Below are positions 1-8,789 of a stretch of 64,000 nt of DNA, one piece after another. Location: the NCBI GenBank assembly GCA_963827595.1, contig CAWHBT010000017.1, forward strand, positions 14,196-78,195, read 5' to 3'. Position numbers and translations under genes: made by a program. How positions within the stretch are numbered: the first letter of the stretch is position 1; each line of letters begins with the position of its first letter. The stretch comes from an uncultured beta proteobacterium (GTDB lineage Bacteria; Pseudomonadota; Gammaproteobacteria; Burkholderiales; SG8-39). The notes beneath the pieces were generated by a model that ran no database searches, was not told the DNA's origin, and was given only the letters and a program-made list of their open reading frames with translations.

Positions 1-2
1 AC

Positions 3-479
3 GCGATCGACATGCCCTCCGACGCGCGCCACGGCTTCTTCAACCAGCTCATGCAGGCCCACACCGCGGCGATCAACGCGGCGAAGGCGCAGGCGGCCAA
101 GGTCCAGCAGACCGTCGCCGCCGAGGCCGCGACCGGCGCCGGCCCCGCGACCGAGCCGGACCTGCCGGACGAGGCGCCCGCGACGACGCCCCCGGCCGAC
201 GACTACTTCGTCCACACCGCGATGGCCCTCGAGCGCGGCGCGGTGGTGGAGTTCATCGACGCCCAGACCGAGATCCGCTCGAAGCTGATCTGGGTGAGCC
301 CGAAGCAGACCATCCTGCTGTTCACCTCCAGCGCGAGCGGCGCGCGCAAGCTCACGCCGCCGGCGTTCGCGGCGCTGCTGCGCGACGGCAAGGCGCGCGT
401 GGTCGAGGTCTCGGAAGCGCTCATGGATCGCGTGGTGCACGCGATGATGGGGCCCGAGTCGCTGCCGGCTGCCGCCTGA
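3..479 (+). CDS. DUF1631-like protein, C-terminal fragment (5' end outside the window)
   Basis: The frame is open from the window edge to the stop at 477-479, with strong G/C third-position bias. The C-terminal block GAVVEFIDAQTEIRSKLIWVSPKQTILLF...LRDGKARVV resembles the conserved C-terminus of DUF1631 proteins (from memory, not searched). A hairpin plus T-run follows. Confidence 0.45.
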   Translation, partial: AIDMPSDARHGFFNQLMQAHTAAINAAKAQAAKVQQTVAAEAATGAGPATEPDLPDEAPATTPPADDYFVHTAMALERGAVVEFIDAQTEIRSKLIWVSPKQTILLFTSSASGARKLTPPAFAALLRDGKARVVEVSEALMDRVVHAMMGPESLPAAA

Positions 480-513
480 CGAACGAAGGATTCGACCGGG
501 CCAGGTTCTCTCC

Positions 514-592
514 CGCGACCCCGCAAACCGGCGGGCTGCCACCCTCGCCGCCAAGCACGGCAGCCCGTTTCCGCGGGGTCGCGTTTTTCTTT
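514..592 (+). terminator. Rho-independent-type terminator
   Basis: A long imperfect stem (GCGACCCCGC ... inner CGGGCTGCC/GGCAGCCCG ... GCGGGGTCGC) is followed directly by TTTTTCTTTC. Confidence 0.55.
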
Positions 593-668
593 CGGCGCCG
601 CCCTCCGCAGCGGGGCGCGCGCCCCGTCCAAGTAGAATGCGCCCGGACCATCGGACAGGGAGTCGGGC

Positions 669-971
669 GTGTTCGTCTGGGCAAAGGTCAACGAGCGCGT
701 CTTCGGCGGCTACCCGCTGTCGCAGGCGACGATCCGCGTGTCGAAGGATCCCGAGCTCGGGACGATCGACATCACCGTCAACGACCCGGCCTTCGAGGCC
801 GACCCGAAGCGGCACGGCGGGGGAGTGACGCTGCGCCGCGAGGATGCGATGTGGCTCGCGAACGCCCTGCTGCTCGCGCTCGGCAAGCGAAAGGACTTCA
901 CCTACACGCGAACCGCGAAGGACCAGGGCGCCGCCAGGACGCAGCAGCGCGCGGGGGGCGCCGCAAAGTAG
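669..971 (+). CDS. hypothetical protein (100 aa)
   Basis: GTG start 31 nt downstream of a TAGAAT box (633-638). G/C third-position bias in this frame is very high. No family recognised. Confidence 0.5.
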   Translation: MFVWAKVNERVFGGYPLSQATIRVSKDPELGTIDITVNDPAFEADPKRHGGGVTLRREDAMWLANALLLALGKRKDFTYTRTAKDQGAARTQQRAGGAAK

Positions 972-993
972 GCCGCCAACGACAGCCGAGCGG

Positions 994-1803
994 TCACTCG
1001 CCGATCTGGAGCAGCATCCCGCGCTTGCGCGCGCCGTTGAAGGAGGCGAGGAAGACCGCCACCGCGACGAGGAGATACAGCGCGTTGAGCGCGACGGTGG
1101 TCCAGAAGTAGTCCCAGCGGAACGTGCCCTCGAGCAGCACGGCGCGCATCCCTTCGAACACGTGGCTCGTCGGCAGCCACCACGCCACCGCCTGGAGCCA
1201 GGGAGGCAGCACGGCGATCGGATAGTAGATCCCGCTGAGCGGCGCGGCGACGAAGATCGCGCCCCAGGCGAAGTTCTCCGCGGCGAGCCCGTAGCGCATC
1301 ACGAGCGCCGACACCATCAGGCCGACCGACCACGCGGTGACGAGCAGGTTGGCGAAGAACGACACGAGCGGTACCCCGAGGTCGAAGATCGAGGTCTGGT
1401 ACAGCGCGATCGCGAGCGCGATCGCCGTGCCGACCCCGATCACGGTGCGGATCAGCGACACCCCGATCATCGCGGCCACGAGCTCGAGCGGCCGGAGCGG
1501 GCTGACGAACAGATGCCCCAGGTTGCGCGAGTACAGCTCCTCGAAGAACGACAACGCCACGCCGAGCTGGCCGCGGAACAGGATCTCCCAGAGGAGCAGC
1601 GCCGACACGAGGACGCCGGGCACCTGCGCGATCAGCGACGAGTTGGTCGCCAGGAACTTGGCGATGAACGCCCACAGCACCATCTGCATGGTGGGCCAGT
1701 AGGCCATCTCGACCACCCGCACCCACGACTTCTTGAAGAGGTACAAGTGGCGCAGGATCATGGCGTAGATCCGGCGCGCGCTGAGCGTCGCGGGAGCGCT
1801 CAC
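994..1803 (-). CDS. ABC-2 type transporter permease
   Basis: 269-aa ORF with multiple hydrophobic segments and an ABC-2 permease-like sequence. Its start overlaps the stop of the upstream ATPase gene by 4 nt (1800-1803). Confidence 0.85.
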   Translation of the reverse strand: MSAPATLSARRIYAMILRHLYLFKKSWVRVVEMAYWPTMQMVLWAFIAKFLATNSSLIAQVPGVLVSALLLWEILFRGQLGVALSFFEELYSRNLGHLFVSPLRPLELVAAMIGVSLIRTVIGVGTAIALAIALYQTSIFDLGVPLVSFFANLLVTAWSVGLMVSALVMRYGLAAENFAWGAIFVAAPLSGIYYPIAVLPPWLQAVAWWLPTSHVFEGMRAVLLEGTFRWDYFWTTVALNALYLLVAVAVFLASFNGARKRGMLLQIGE

Positions 1804-2537
1804 CCGGCTGCCTCGACCCGCTGCCGCGCCACGTCTAGGAACACCTCCTCCATGTTGCGGCGGCCGTACCGCGCGAGGAGGTCGGCCGGCGAACCGGTGT
1901 CCACAATCCTACCGGCGCGCAACATCAGGACCGCGTCGCACATGCGCTCGACCTCGGGCATGTTGTGCGAGGCGAGCAGCAGGGTCGCGCCGGCTTGGCG
2001 CCGGTAGTCCACGAGCTGCGTGCGGACCCGATCCGCGATGTCCGGGTCGAGCGACGCGGTGGGCTCGTCGAGCAGCAGGAGCTCCGGCTCGTTGAGGAGC
2101 GCCTTCGCGATCGAAACGCGGGTGCGCTGTCCGGCGGAGAGCGTGCCGTAGGGGCGCTTGCGGAACTCGCCGAGCTCGAGGGTCTCGACCAGCGCGGCGA
2201 TCCGCTGCCGCGGCCGGGCAACGCCGTAGAGTCGGGCGAAGACCATCAGGTTCTCCGCGACGGTGAGCTTGCGCGGCAGGTCGACGTACGGCGAGGTGAA
2301 GTTCATCCGCGGGAGCACGCGGTAGCGGTGCCGCGCGATGTCTTCGCCGAGCACGACGATCCGGCCCGCGGTCGGGAGCAGGACGCCGAGCAGCGTCGAG
2401 ATCGTGGTCGTCTTGCCGGCGCCGTTGCCGCCGAGGAGCGCGGTGGTGCTGCCGCGCGCCACGGTGAACGAGATGTCGCGCACGGCTTCGACCTTGCCGA
2501 AGCGCTTCGTGAGCCCGCTGACCTCGACGGCGTTCAT
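1800..2537 (-). CDS. ABC transporter ATP-binding protein
   Basis: Walker A GGNGAGKTT, ABC signature LSAGQRTR, Walker B LLLLDEPT. I chose the internal Met (MNAVEVSGLTKRF, cat at 2535-2537); the 26 upstream codons of the ORF are an Arg/Ala-rich extension. Confidence 0.9.
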   Translation of the reverse strand: MNAVEVSGLTKRFGKVEAVRDISFTVARGSTTALLGGNGAGKTTTISTLLGVLLPTAGRIVVLGEDIARHRYRVLPRMNFTSPYVDLPRKLTVAENLMVFARLYGVARPRQRIAALVETLELGEFRKRPYGTLSAGQRTRVSIAKALLNEPELLLLDEPTASLDPDIADRVRTQLVDYRRQAGATLLLASHNMPEVERMCDAVLMLRAGRIVDTGSPADLLARYGRRNMEEVFLDVARQRVEAAG

Positions 2538-2583
2538 CGGACGCGGGCGGCCGCCCGCTCGCGCGGGGCCGGCTAGGGGCTGC

Positions 2584-3135
2584 CTAGCCGTGCTTCCACT
2601 TGATCGAGCAGCCAAGCGCCGCGGTCTGCGCGGCGGGACCCCGGCCGGTCGTGGCGATCTGCACCATCGCCTCGAACAGCTCGCGCCGCGCGCCGGGGAT
2701 CGGCGCGGTCTTCGACCCGTCCAGGCGGCCGTGGTACTGCAGCTCGAGATCGGCGTTGAGACCGAAGAACTCGGGCGTGCACACCGCCCCGTAGGCCTTC
2801 GCGACCGCCTGCGTCTCGTCGAGCACGTAGGGGAACGGGAACCCGAACTCGAGCGCGACGCGCTTCATGTTCGGAAACGAATCCTCCGCGTAATCGGTCG
2901 GGTCGTTCGACATGATGGCGATCGAGCCGATGCCGTGCGCCCGCAGCTCGTTCGCATCGCGCACGATCCGCTCCCGGATCGCCTTGACGTACGGGCAGTG
3001 GTTGCAGATGAACATGACCAGCAGGCCCTTCGGCCCACGCGCGGCGGCGAGCGTGTGACGCTCGCCGTCGACGCCGGGCAGATCGAAGTCGGCGGCCTGC
3101 CAGCCGAAATCGCACACCTGATGTTGCGCCGCCAT
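2584..3135 (-). CDS. thioredoxin-fold thiol-disulfide oxidoreductase (AhpC/TSA-like family)
   Basis: The C-terminal 183 codons of the 649-aa track ORF begin MAAQHQVCDFGW. They carry a CNHCPY CxxC motif and a thioredoxin-like sequence. The upstream part of the long ORF overlaps rsmE and the ankyrin gene and is not coding. Confidence 0.8.
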   Translation of the reverse strand: MAAQHQVCDFGWQAADFDLPGVDGERHTLAAARGPKGLLVMFICNHCPYVKAIRERIVRDANELRAHGIGSIAIMSNDPTDYAEDSFPNMKRVALEFGFPFPYVLDETQAVAKAYGAVCTPEFFGLNADLELQYHGRLDGSKTAPIPGARRELFEAMVQIATTGRGPAAQTAALGCSIKWKHG

Positions 3136-3174
3136 GCGGGAATCGCGCCGTGAGGAGGAGGCTAAAATCTTAGC

Positions 3175-3915
3175 ATGCAGCCGAGCTCCGACCGCGCGCC
3201 GCGCTTCTACTGCGACGCATCCCTCCCGCCGGGCGCGACGGTGGAGCTGCCCGAGCGCGCAGTCCGGCACGTGGCCGCCCTGCGCCTCAGGGAAGGCGAT
3301 GCGGTGGTCCTCTTCAACGGTGACGGCCACGAGTCCGCCGCGACGCTGACCGGACTCGGCAAGCGCGGCGCGGCGTGCCTGGTTCGCAGCCGCCGTACGG
3401 TCGATCGCGAATCGCCGCTCGAGGTGCACCTTGCGCAGGGGGTGTGCGCCGGCGATCGGATGGATCTCGTGCTGCAGAAGGCCACCGAGCTCGGGGTCAC
3501 GTCGCTCCAGCCGCTCGTCACGGTGCGCTCGATCGTCCGGCTGTCGAGCGAGCGGCAGGGGCGGCGCGAGACGCACTGGCAGAACGTCGTGATCGCGGCG
3601 TGCGAACAATGCGGCCGCAACCGGATCCCGGTGGTCGCGCCGAGCGTTGCGTTCGGGGAGTTCCTCGCCCGGCTGCCGCGCGACGGCACGCGCGTCCTCC
3701 TCGTGCCCGAGGGCGAAGCGACAATCCGGAGCCTCGGCCCGCGCCCGCCGGTCACGGTGCTCATCGGCCCGGAGGGCGGGCTTGCGCCGGAGGAGCGGGC
3801 GCTTGCGCTCGCCGCCGGGTTCGGCGCGGTGCGCTTCGGGCCGCGGATCCTGCGAACCGAGACGGCGCCGCTCGCCGCGCTCGCGGCGCTGCAGGCGCTC
3901 TACGGCGACTGCTGA
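3175..3915 (+). CDS. rsmE: 16S rRNA (uracil1498-N3)-methyltransferase
   Basis: 246-aa ORF with the RsmE-family layout: an N-terminal PUA-like part (RFYCDASL...) and a C-terminal SPOUT part (LIGPEGGLAPEE). A TAAAAT box (3163-3168) ends 6 nt before the ATG. Confidence 0.85.
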   Translation: MQPSSDRAPRFYCDASLPPGATVELPERAVRHVAALRLREGDAVVLFNGDGHESAATLTGLGKRGAACLVRSRRTVDRESPLEVHLAQGVCAGDRMDLVLQKATELGVTSLQPLVTVRSIVRLSSERQGRRETHWQNVVIAACEQCGRNRIPVVAPSVAFGEFLARLPRDGTRVLLVPEGEATIRSLGPRPPVTVLIGPEGGLAPEERALALAAGFGAVRFGPRILRTETAPLAALAALQALYGDC

Positions 3916-4547
3916 CCGGACGACCGCGAGGGTTTCGGGATCGCCGCCGCAAGCAGCGCGATCAACTCCGGATTGCCGCCGCGCCTCGCGAGCTCGATCG
4001 CCGAGCGCCCGGACCGGTCGGTCGCGTTCGGGTCGACCCCCCGGCCGGCGAGGAAGAGCCGCACCGCAAGGACGTCGCTCCGCTCGACGGCGTCGAGGAA
4101 CTGGGTCGGGTCGTGGTAGGCGAGGCCCATCCCGGCGAGGTCCTGGCGGGCCCGGATCGCGCGCGCGTCGGCGGCGGCCTGCGGGTCCTCGGCAATTGCC
4201 TTCCTGCTCATCGCGGCGAACGACCGCCCGATCCCGGCGAGCTTCTCGCGCTCGGGGCCGGGGACGTCGGCGAAGAGCTCGAGGGCGAGCGCGTTGGCCT
4301 CGGCGTTGCGGCCGTTCAGGATGTCGTCGACCGCCTGCCGCCCGGCATCCGGACTGCAGCCCGGCGTTCGGCCGCCCCCGTCCGGGCATGACGCGGCTGC
4401 GGCGTTGACGACAAGCTGCAACAGGGAGAGGAACCTTCCGACCGTGGCCCAGTCGGTCGCCGCCGCGGGCGGGCTCGCGCCTTGCGCGTGCGACGCCCCG
4501 ATCCACGCCGTCGCGAGCGCCGCGACGGCCCATTGTCTCGCGCCCAT
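3900..4547 (-). CDS. exported ankyrin-repeat protein
   Basis: Start at MGARQWAVAALATAWIGASHAQG (signal-peptide-like), preceded by GAGGAGGA. C-terminal ankyrin-type repeats (DVLAVRLFLAGRGVDPNATDRSGRSAIELARRGGNPELIALL). The 3' end overlaps the rsmE 3' end by 16 nt (convergent). Confidence 0.65.
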   Translation of the reverse strand: MGARQWAVAALATAWIGASHAQGASPPAAATDWATVGRFLSLLQLVVNAAAASCPDGGGRTPGCSPDAGRQAVDDILNGRNAEANALALELFADVPGPEREKLAGIGRSFAAMSRKAIAEDPQAAADARAIRARQDLAGMGLAYHDPTQFLDAVERSDVLAVRLFLAGRGVDPNATDRSGRSAIELARRGGNPELIALLAAAIPKPSRSSGQQSP

Positions 4548-4651
4548 CCGATCCTCCTCGCTTCCAGCGCGGTCACCGGGCAACGGCGCAGTCTACCGCG
4601 GGGTCGGCCGGGGCGGGGCAGCCCCGCGCTAGAATGCGCGCCGGCCAAACC

Positions 4652-5986
4652 ATGAACAAGCCGATACCCGCGCGGCCCGACTCGAGCTTCGTGACCTGGT
4701 TCCGCTCGGTCGCGCCGTACTTCCACGCCTTCCGCGGACGCACGTTCGTCATCGCGTTCGGCGGCGAGTTGGTCGCGGAGGGGCGCTTCGTGTCGCTCGC
4801 GCACGATCTCAACCTCCTGCACAGCGCCGGGATCCGGCTGGTGCTCGTCCACGGCTCGCGCCCGCAGATCGAGGCGCAGCTGAAGACGCGGAAGAGCCGG
4901 TCGCGGTACCACCGCGGGCTGAGGGTGACCGACCCGGTCGCGCTCGAATGCGTGAAGGAGGCCGTGGGGCTGCTGCGGGTCGAGATCGACGCGCTGCTCT
5001 CGCTCGGTCTCCCGAACACGCCGATGGCCGGCGGGGCGATCAACACCGTGTCGGGCAACTTCATCACCGCCCGGCCCATGGGCGTGCACGATGGCATCGA
5101 CTACCAGCACACCGGCGCGGTGCGAAAGGTCGACGCCCAGGCCATCGCCGGCTGCCTCGACGCCGGCAACATCGTGGTCGTCTCGCCGATCGGCTACTCG
5201 CCCACCGGCGAGGTTTTCAACCTCGCCATGGAAGCGGTCGCGGTGGCGACCGCCACCGCGCTCGGGGCCGCGAAGCTGATCTTCCTCGCCGACGCCGCGG
5301 TGGTGGATGCCGGCGGCGCGGTGCGCCCCGAGCTCACCGCGAACGAGGCCGAACGGCTGCTCGCGGAAGGCGCGGCGCGGCTAAGCAAGGAGACCCGGAC
5401 CTTTCTCGCGCGCGCGCTCGAGGCGGTCCGCGCCGGAGTCGAGCGCGCCCACGTCGTTCGGCGCAACGTCGACGGTGCGCTGCTCCTCGAGCTCTTCACC
5501 CACGAGGGCTCGGGCAGCATGATCACCGCCGACAAGCTCGAGCGTCTGCGCCGTGCGACGATCGAGGACGTCGGCGGGATCCTGCGGCTCATCGAGCCCC
5601 TCGAGGCGGACGGCACGCTCGTGCGCCGCGGTCGCGAGCTGCTCGAGCAGGAGATCGGACGGTTCACGGTGCTCGAGCACGACCGCCTGATCCTCGGCTG
5701 CGCCGCGCTCTATCCGTTTCCGAAGGTGCGCGCCGGCGAGCTCGCGTGCCTCGCGGTGCGACCCGATCACCGCGGCGCGGGCCACGGCGAGAAGCTCATG
5801 GGCGCGGTGGAGCGCCAGGCGCGCGCGGCCGGGATGAAGAAGCTGTTCGTGCTCACGACCCGCGCTTCGCACTGGTTCGTCGAGCGGGGGTTCGGCGAGG
5901 CGGCGGTCGGCGCGTTGCCGGGAGAGAAGCAGGCGCTCTACAACTGGCAGCGGCGCTCCAAGGTGCTCGTGAAGGCGCTCCGCTGA
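4652..5986 (+). CDS. argA: amino-acid N-acetyltransferase (N-acetylglutamate synthase)
   Basis: An amino-acid-kinase-like N-domain ([13 protein letters not shown]...) followed by a GNAT C-domain ([17 protein letters not shown]). Length is about 444 aa, typical of ArgA. Confidence 0.9.
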   Translation: MNKPIPARPDSSFVTWFRSVAPYFHAFRGRTFVIAFGGELVAEGRFVSLAHDLNLLHSAGIRLVLVHGSRPQIEAQLKTRKSRSRYHRGLRVTDPVALECVKEAVGLLRVEIDALLSLGLPNTPMAGGAINTVSGNFITARPMGVHDGIDYQHTGAVRKVDAQAIAGCLDAGNIVVVSPIGYSPTGEVFNLAMEAVAVATATALGAAKLIFLADAAVVDAGGAVRPELTANEAERLLAEGAARLSKETRTFLARALEAVRAGVERAHVVRRNVDGALLLELFTHEGSGSMITADKLERLRRATIEDVGGILRLIEPLEADGTLVRRGRELLEQEIGRFTVLEHDRLILGCAALYPFPKVRAGELACLAVRPDHRGAGHGEKLMGAVERQARAAGMKKLFVLTTRASHWFVERGFGEAAVGALPGEKQALYNWQRRSKVLVKALR

Positions 5987-6036
5987 CCGGGAGCAGGCGA
6001 GTCCGAGGCTGGAACGCCGCGCCCAGGAGAACTGAC

Positions 6037-6309
6037 ATGGCAAGGATGGTGAAATGCGTGAAGCTCGGCCGCGAGGCCGAGGGGCTCGATTTCCCGCCGC
6101 TCCCGGGCGAGCTCGGGAAACGGATCTACGAGCAGGTGTCGAAGGAGGCGTGGCAGCAATGGCAGGCGCAGCAGACGCGCCTGATCAACGAGAACCGCCT
6201 GAACCTCGCCGATCCGCGCGCCCGGAAGTACCTCATGGAGCAGGTGGAGAAGTTCTTCTTCGGCGGCGGCGCGGACGAGGCGTCCGGGTACGTGCCGGTC
6301 AAGAAATAG
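6037..6309 (+). CDS. yggX: oxidative damage protection / Fe(II)-trafficking protein (YggX family)
   Basis: 90-aa product [66 protein letters not shown] matches the YggX family pattern. It is the last 273 nt of a spurious 453-aa track ORF. Confidence 0.85.
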   Translation: MARMVKCVKLGREAEGLDFPPLPGELGKRIYEQVSKEAWQQWQAQQTRLINENRLNLADPRARKYLMEQVEKFFFGGGADEASGYVPVKK

Positions 6310-6330
6310 CGGCGTTCGCGCCAAACGAAA

Positions 6331-6350
6331 GAGCCGCCCGCAGGCGGCTC
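6331..6350. terminator. hairpin between the convergent yggX-like and phoU genes
   Basis: GAGCCGCC-CGCA-GGCGGCTC. On the minus strand it is followed by TTTCGTTT. Confidence 0.45.
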
Positions 6351-6373
6351 TCGGCGGCGCGTAGCGACCCGCG

Positions 6374-7075
6374 CTATTCGTTCACCGCCCGGACGATCTC
6401 CTCGGACCGCAGGTGCCGGACGTCGCGGCCGTCGACCATGTAGATGACGTACTCGGCCATGTTCTTGGAATGGTCGCCGATCCGCTCCAGCGCCTTGGCG
6501 ACGAACAGGATCTCGAGGCAGCGGCTGATCGTGCGGGGATCCTCCATCATGAAGGTGATCAGCTGGCGCAGGATCGAGCGGAACTCGGTGTCCACCACGT
6601 CGTCCTGCTCCACCACCTCCTGGGCGGCCTGCACGTCGAGGCGCGCGAAGGCGTCGAGCGCCTTGCGCAGCATCGCGACCGCGAGGCTGGAGACGTGCCG
6701 CACGCCGATGCGCGGCATGTGCATCCGATCGGCCTCGTGGACCAGCTTCGCCATGCGCGCGATCTTCTCCGCCTCGTCGCCGATCCGCTCGAGATCGGTG
6801 ATCGTCTTGATCACCGCGATGATGAGCCGCAGATCGCTCGCCGCCGGCTGGCGCCGCGCGATGATGTGGCTGCAGGCCTCGTCGAGCTCGACCTCCATCG
6901 CGTTGACGTGGTGGTCGTTCTGCTTGACGCGCTCGATCTCCTCCATGTTCCCGGTGGAGAGCGCATCGATCGCGCGCCGGATCTGCTCCTCGACGAGCCC
7001 GCCCATCTGGAGGACGCGCGTACGCACCGCCTCCAGCTCGGCGTCGAACTGCTTCGAGATGTGTTCGGACCCCAT
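6374..7075 (-). CDS. phoU: phosphate signalling complex protein PhoU
   Basis: 233 aa with two PhoU repeats containing the conserved E/DxxxD-type motifs (DLERIGDEAEKIA and ALERIGDHSKNMA). Confidence 0.9.
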   Translation of the reverse strand: MGSEHISKQFDAELEAVRTRVLQMGGLVEEQIRRAIDALSTGNMEEIERVKQNDHHVNAMEVELDEACSHIIARRQPAASDLRLIIAVIKTITDLERIGDEAEKIARMAKLVHEADRMHMPRIGVRHVSSLAVAMLRKALDAFARLDVQAAQEVVEQDDVVDTEFRSILRQLITFMMEDPRTISRCLEILFVAKALERIGDHSKNMAEYVIYMVDGRDVRHLRSEEIVRAVNE

Positions 7076-7200
7076 TGCTTCGATCCCGGACCCGGCAGAC
7101 TAGGGTACCACCGTGACAGCGATATTACAGCCCCTAATCAAGGGGATGAGTGCGGGGCTGGCGCCCGCCGGTGGCCCGGCGGGCCGTGGGAAGCGGCCCT

Positions 7201-7863
7201 TCAGGCGCGCGTCAGCGTGCGCACCCCGGCCGGCGTTCCGAGCAGCAGGACATCGGCGCCCCGCCGCGCGAAGAGCCCGGTCGTCACTACGCCGACGATG
7301 TGATCGAGCTCGCCCTCGAGCGCGACCGGGTCGGGGATCGCGAGGCCGGCGACGTCGAGGATGAGGTTGCCATTGTCGGTGACGAAGCCCTCCCGCAAGC
7401 GGGGCCGCCCGCCCAGCCGGGCGAGCTCGCGCGCGACGTATGCGCGCGCCATCGGGATCACCTCGACGGGGAGCGGGAACTTGCCGAGCACGCCGACCCG
7501 CTTCGACTCGTCGGCGACGCACACGAATCGCCGGGCGACTGCGGCAACGATCTTCTCGCGCGTGAGCGCGCCGCCCCCGCCCTTGATCATCGCCAACCCC
7601 TCGGTCACCTCGTCCGCACCGTCGACGTAGACCGGCAGCTCGTCGACGTCGTTCAGGTCGAAGAGCGGGATGCCCAGGGCGTGGAGCCGCCCGGCAGTCT
7701 TCTCGGAACTCGCCACGGCGCCCCGGATCCGCTGTCGGACCTTCGCCAGCTCGGCGATGAAGAAATCGGCGGTGGAGCCGGTCCCGACACCGACGACGGC
7801 GTCATCGACCACGTACCTCACGGCTTCCCGCGCCGCCGCCGCTTTCAGCTCGTCCTGCGTCAT
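7201..7863 (-). CDS. rpiA: ribose-5-phosphate isomerase A
   Basis: [18 protein letters not shown]...[12 protein letters not shown]...[11 protein letters not shown] are typical RpiA motifs. A TAGAAT box on the minus strand lies at 7886-7891. Confidence 0.9.
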   Translation of the reverse strand: MTQDELKAAAAREAVRYVVDDAVVGVGTGSTADFFIAELAKVRQRIRGAVASSEKTAGRLHALGIPLFDLNDVDELPVYVDGADEVTEGLAMIKGGGGALTREKIVAAVARRFVCVADESKRVGVLGKFPLPVEVIPMARAYVARELARLGGRPRLREGFVTDNGNLILDVAGLAIPDPVALEGELDHIVGVVTTGLFARRGADVLLLGTPAGVRTLTRA

Positions 7864-7964
7864 CGAGTGCTCCAAGGCTCGCGGCATTCTACGCGCGGGG
7901 GGCGCGGAAATAGGCCCTTGTCATGGCGCGCCGAAGCAGGCGTAGAATGTTGTCATAAAGGGGA

Positions 7965-8717
7965 ATGGCCTCTCCGATGCGCTACGCGAAGGTTCTGCTT
8001 CTCGGCGCTCTCTGCGCAGCGATCGGTGCGCCCGCGGCGGCGCAGCAAGGGCTCGTCCGGGCCGCTGCCCTCGAGGCGAGCGGCTGGCAGCCGTCCGGCC
8101 CCGCCGTCGGCCTGCGCCCGCAGGCCCCGCGCCGGGAAAGCGGTTGGACCGGCGGTGTCCTTCTCGATTCGGCCCGCAGCCCGGGCTTCGGCCCGGCGCG
8201 CCCTGGGGCGCTCGATCCCGGCTTGCGGCTCAACCCGGACCTCGCGCGCGCCCTGCCCCAACCGCCACAGTTCGGCCCACCGATCGACGCCGCGAGCGCC
8301 GTCCAGGCCGGCGCCTACTTCGGCTACCGGTTCGAGAACAGGTTGCTGCTCTCGTCGGCCGTGCGACAGGGGCTCGGTGTGCCGGGACTCGGTGGTACGA
8401 AGGTCGATTTCGGGGCGAGCTACGGCCTCAACGTGACGCCGCAGCACCTGATCACGCTCTCGAGCAGCCTCACGCTCGGGCAGGCGAGCGGGATCGCCGC
8501 TTACTACAGCGCGCTGGGGCCGGACGGCCTCTCGCGCACCGATTACCGCGTCGGCGAGCCGGGCGCGGGGTTCAGGCTCTCCTGGCTGTACAGCTTCGGC
8601 CGGAACGTCTACCTGAACACGACCCTCGGCTACGACCGCAGCACCGATCCGGACGGGCTGCACGGCGCGGATCGGAACACCACCTCGTTCGGCACCGTCT
8701 TCGGCTACCGCTGGTAG
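7965..8717 (+). CDS. MipA/OmpV-family outer membrane protein
   Basis: Signal peptide (LLLGALCAAIGAPAAAQQ), alternating beta-strand pattern and an aromatic C-terminus ...FGTVFGYRW. A TAGAAT box lies at 7943-7948. Confidence 0.65.
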   Translation: MASPMRYAKVLLLGALCAAIGAPAAAQQGLVRAAALEASGWQPSGPAVGLRPQAPRRESGWTGGVLLDSARSPGFGPARPGALDPGLRLNPDLARALPQPPQFGPPIDAASAVQAGAYFGYRFENRLLLSSAVRQGLGVPGLGGTKVDFGASYGLNVTPQHLITLSSSLTLGQASGIAAYYSALGPDGLSRTDYRVGEPGAGFRLSWLYSFGRNVYLNTTLGYDRSTDPDGLHGADRNTTSFGTVFGYRW

Positions 8718-8789
8718 CCGGCCTTCCCCCGGTTTCGTTCAGCGCCGCTGCCCGGCCTGCTGCGCGCGCTTCGCGTAGTCCTGATACGC

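Noticed and set aside
844-2007. 387-aa plus-strand ORF and similar long Arg/Asp/Glu-rich ORFs (e.g. 2338-3153, 7150-8436, 8874-10250, 10738-12039, 16440-18221, 26391-28067, 27800-29353, 30932-32467)
   Set aside because: All are antisense or out-of-frame overlaps of genes with clear family identity. They are artefacts of the scarcity of stop codons in G+C-rich DNA.
2584-4533. 649-aa minus-strand ORF
   Set aside because: Only the last 552 nt (the thioredoxin-fold protein) look coding. The upstream part is Arg-rich and overlaps rsmE (opposite strand) and the ankyrin gene (another frame).
4948-6309. 453-aa plus-strand ORF
   Set aside because: It is an out-of-frame overlap of argA with an Arg/Gly-rich product. 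Only its last 273 nt (the yggX-like gene, with its own ATG at 6037) are real.
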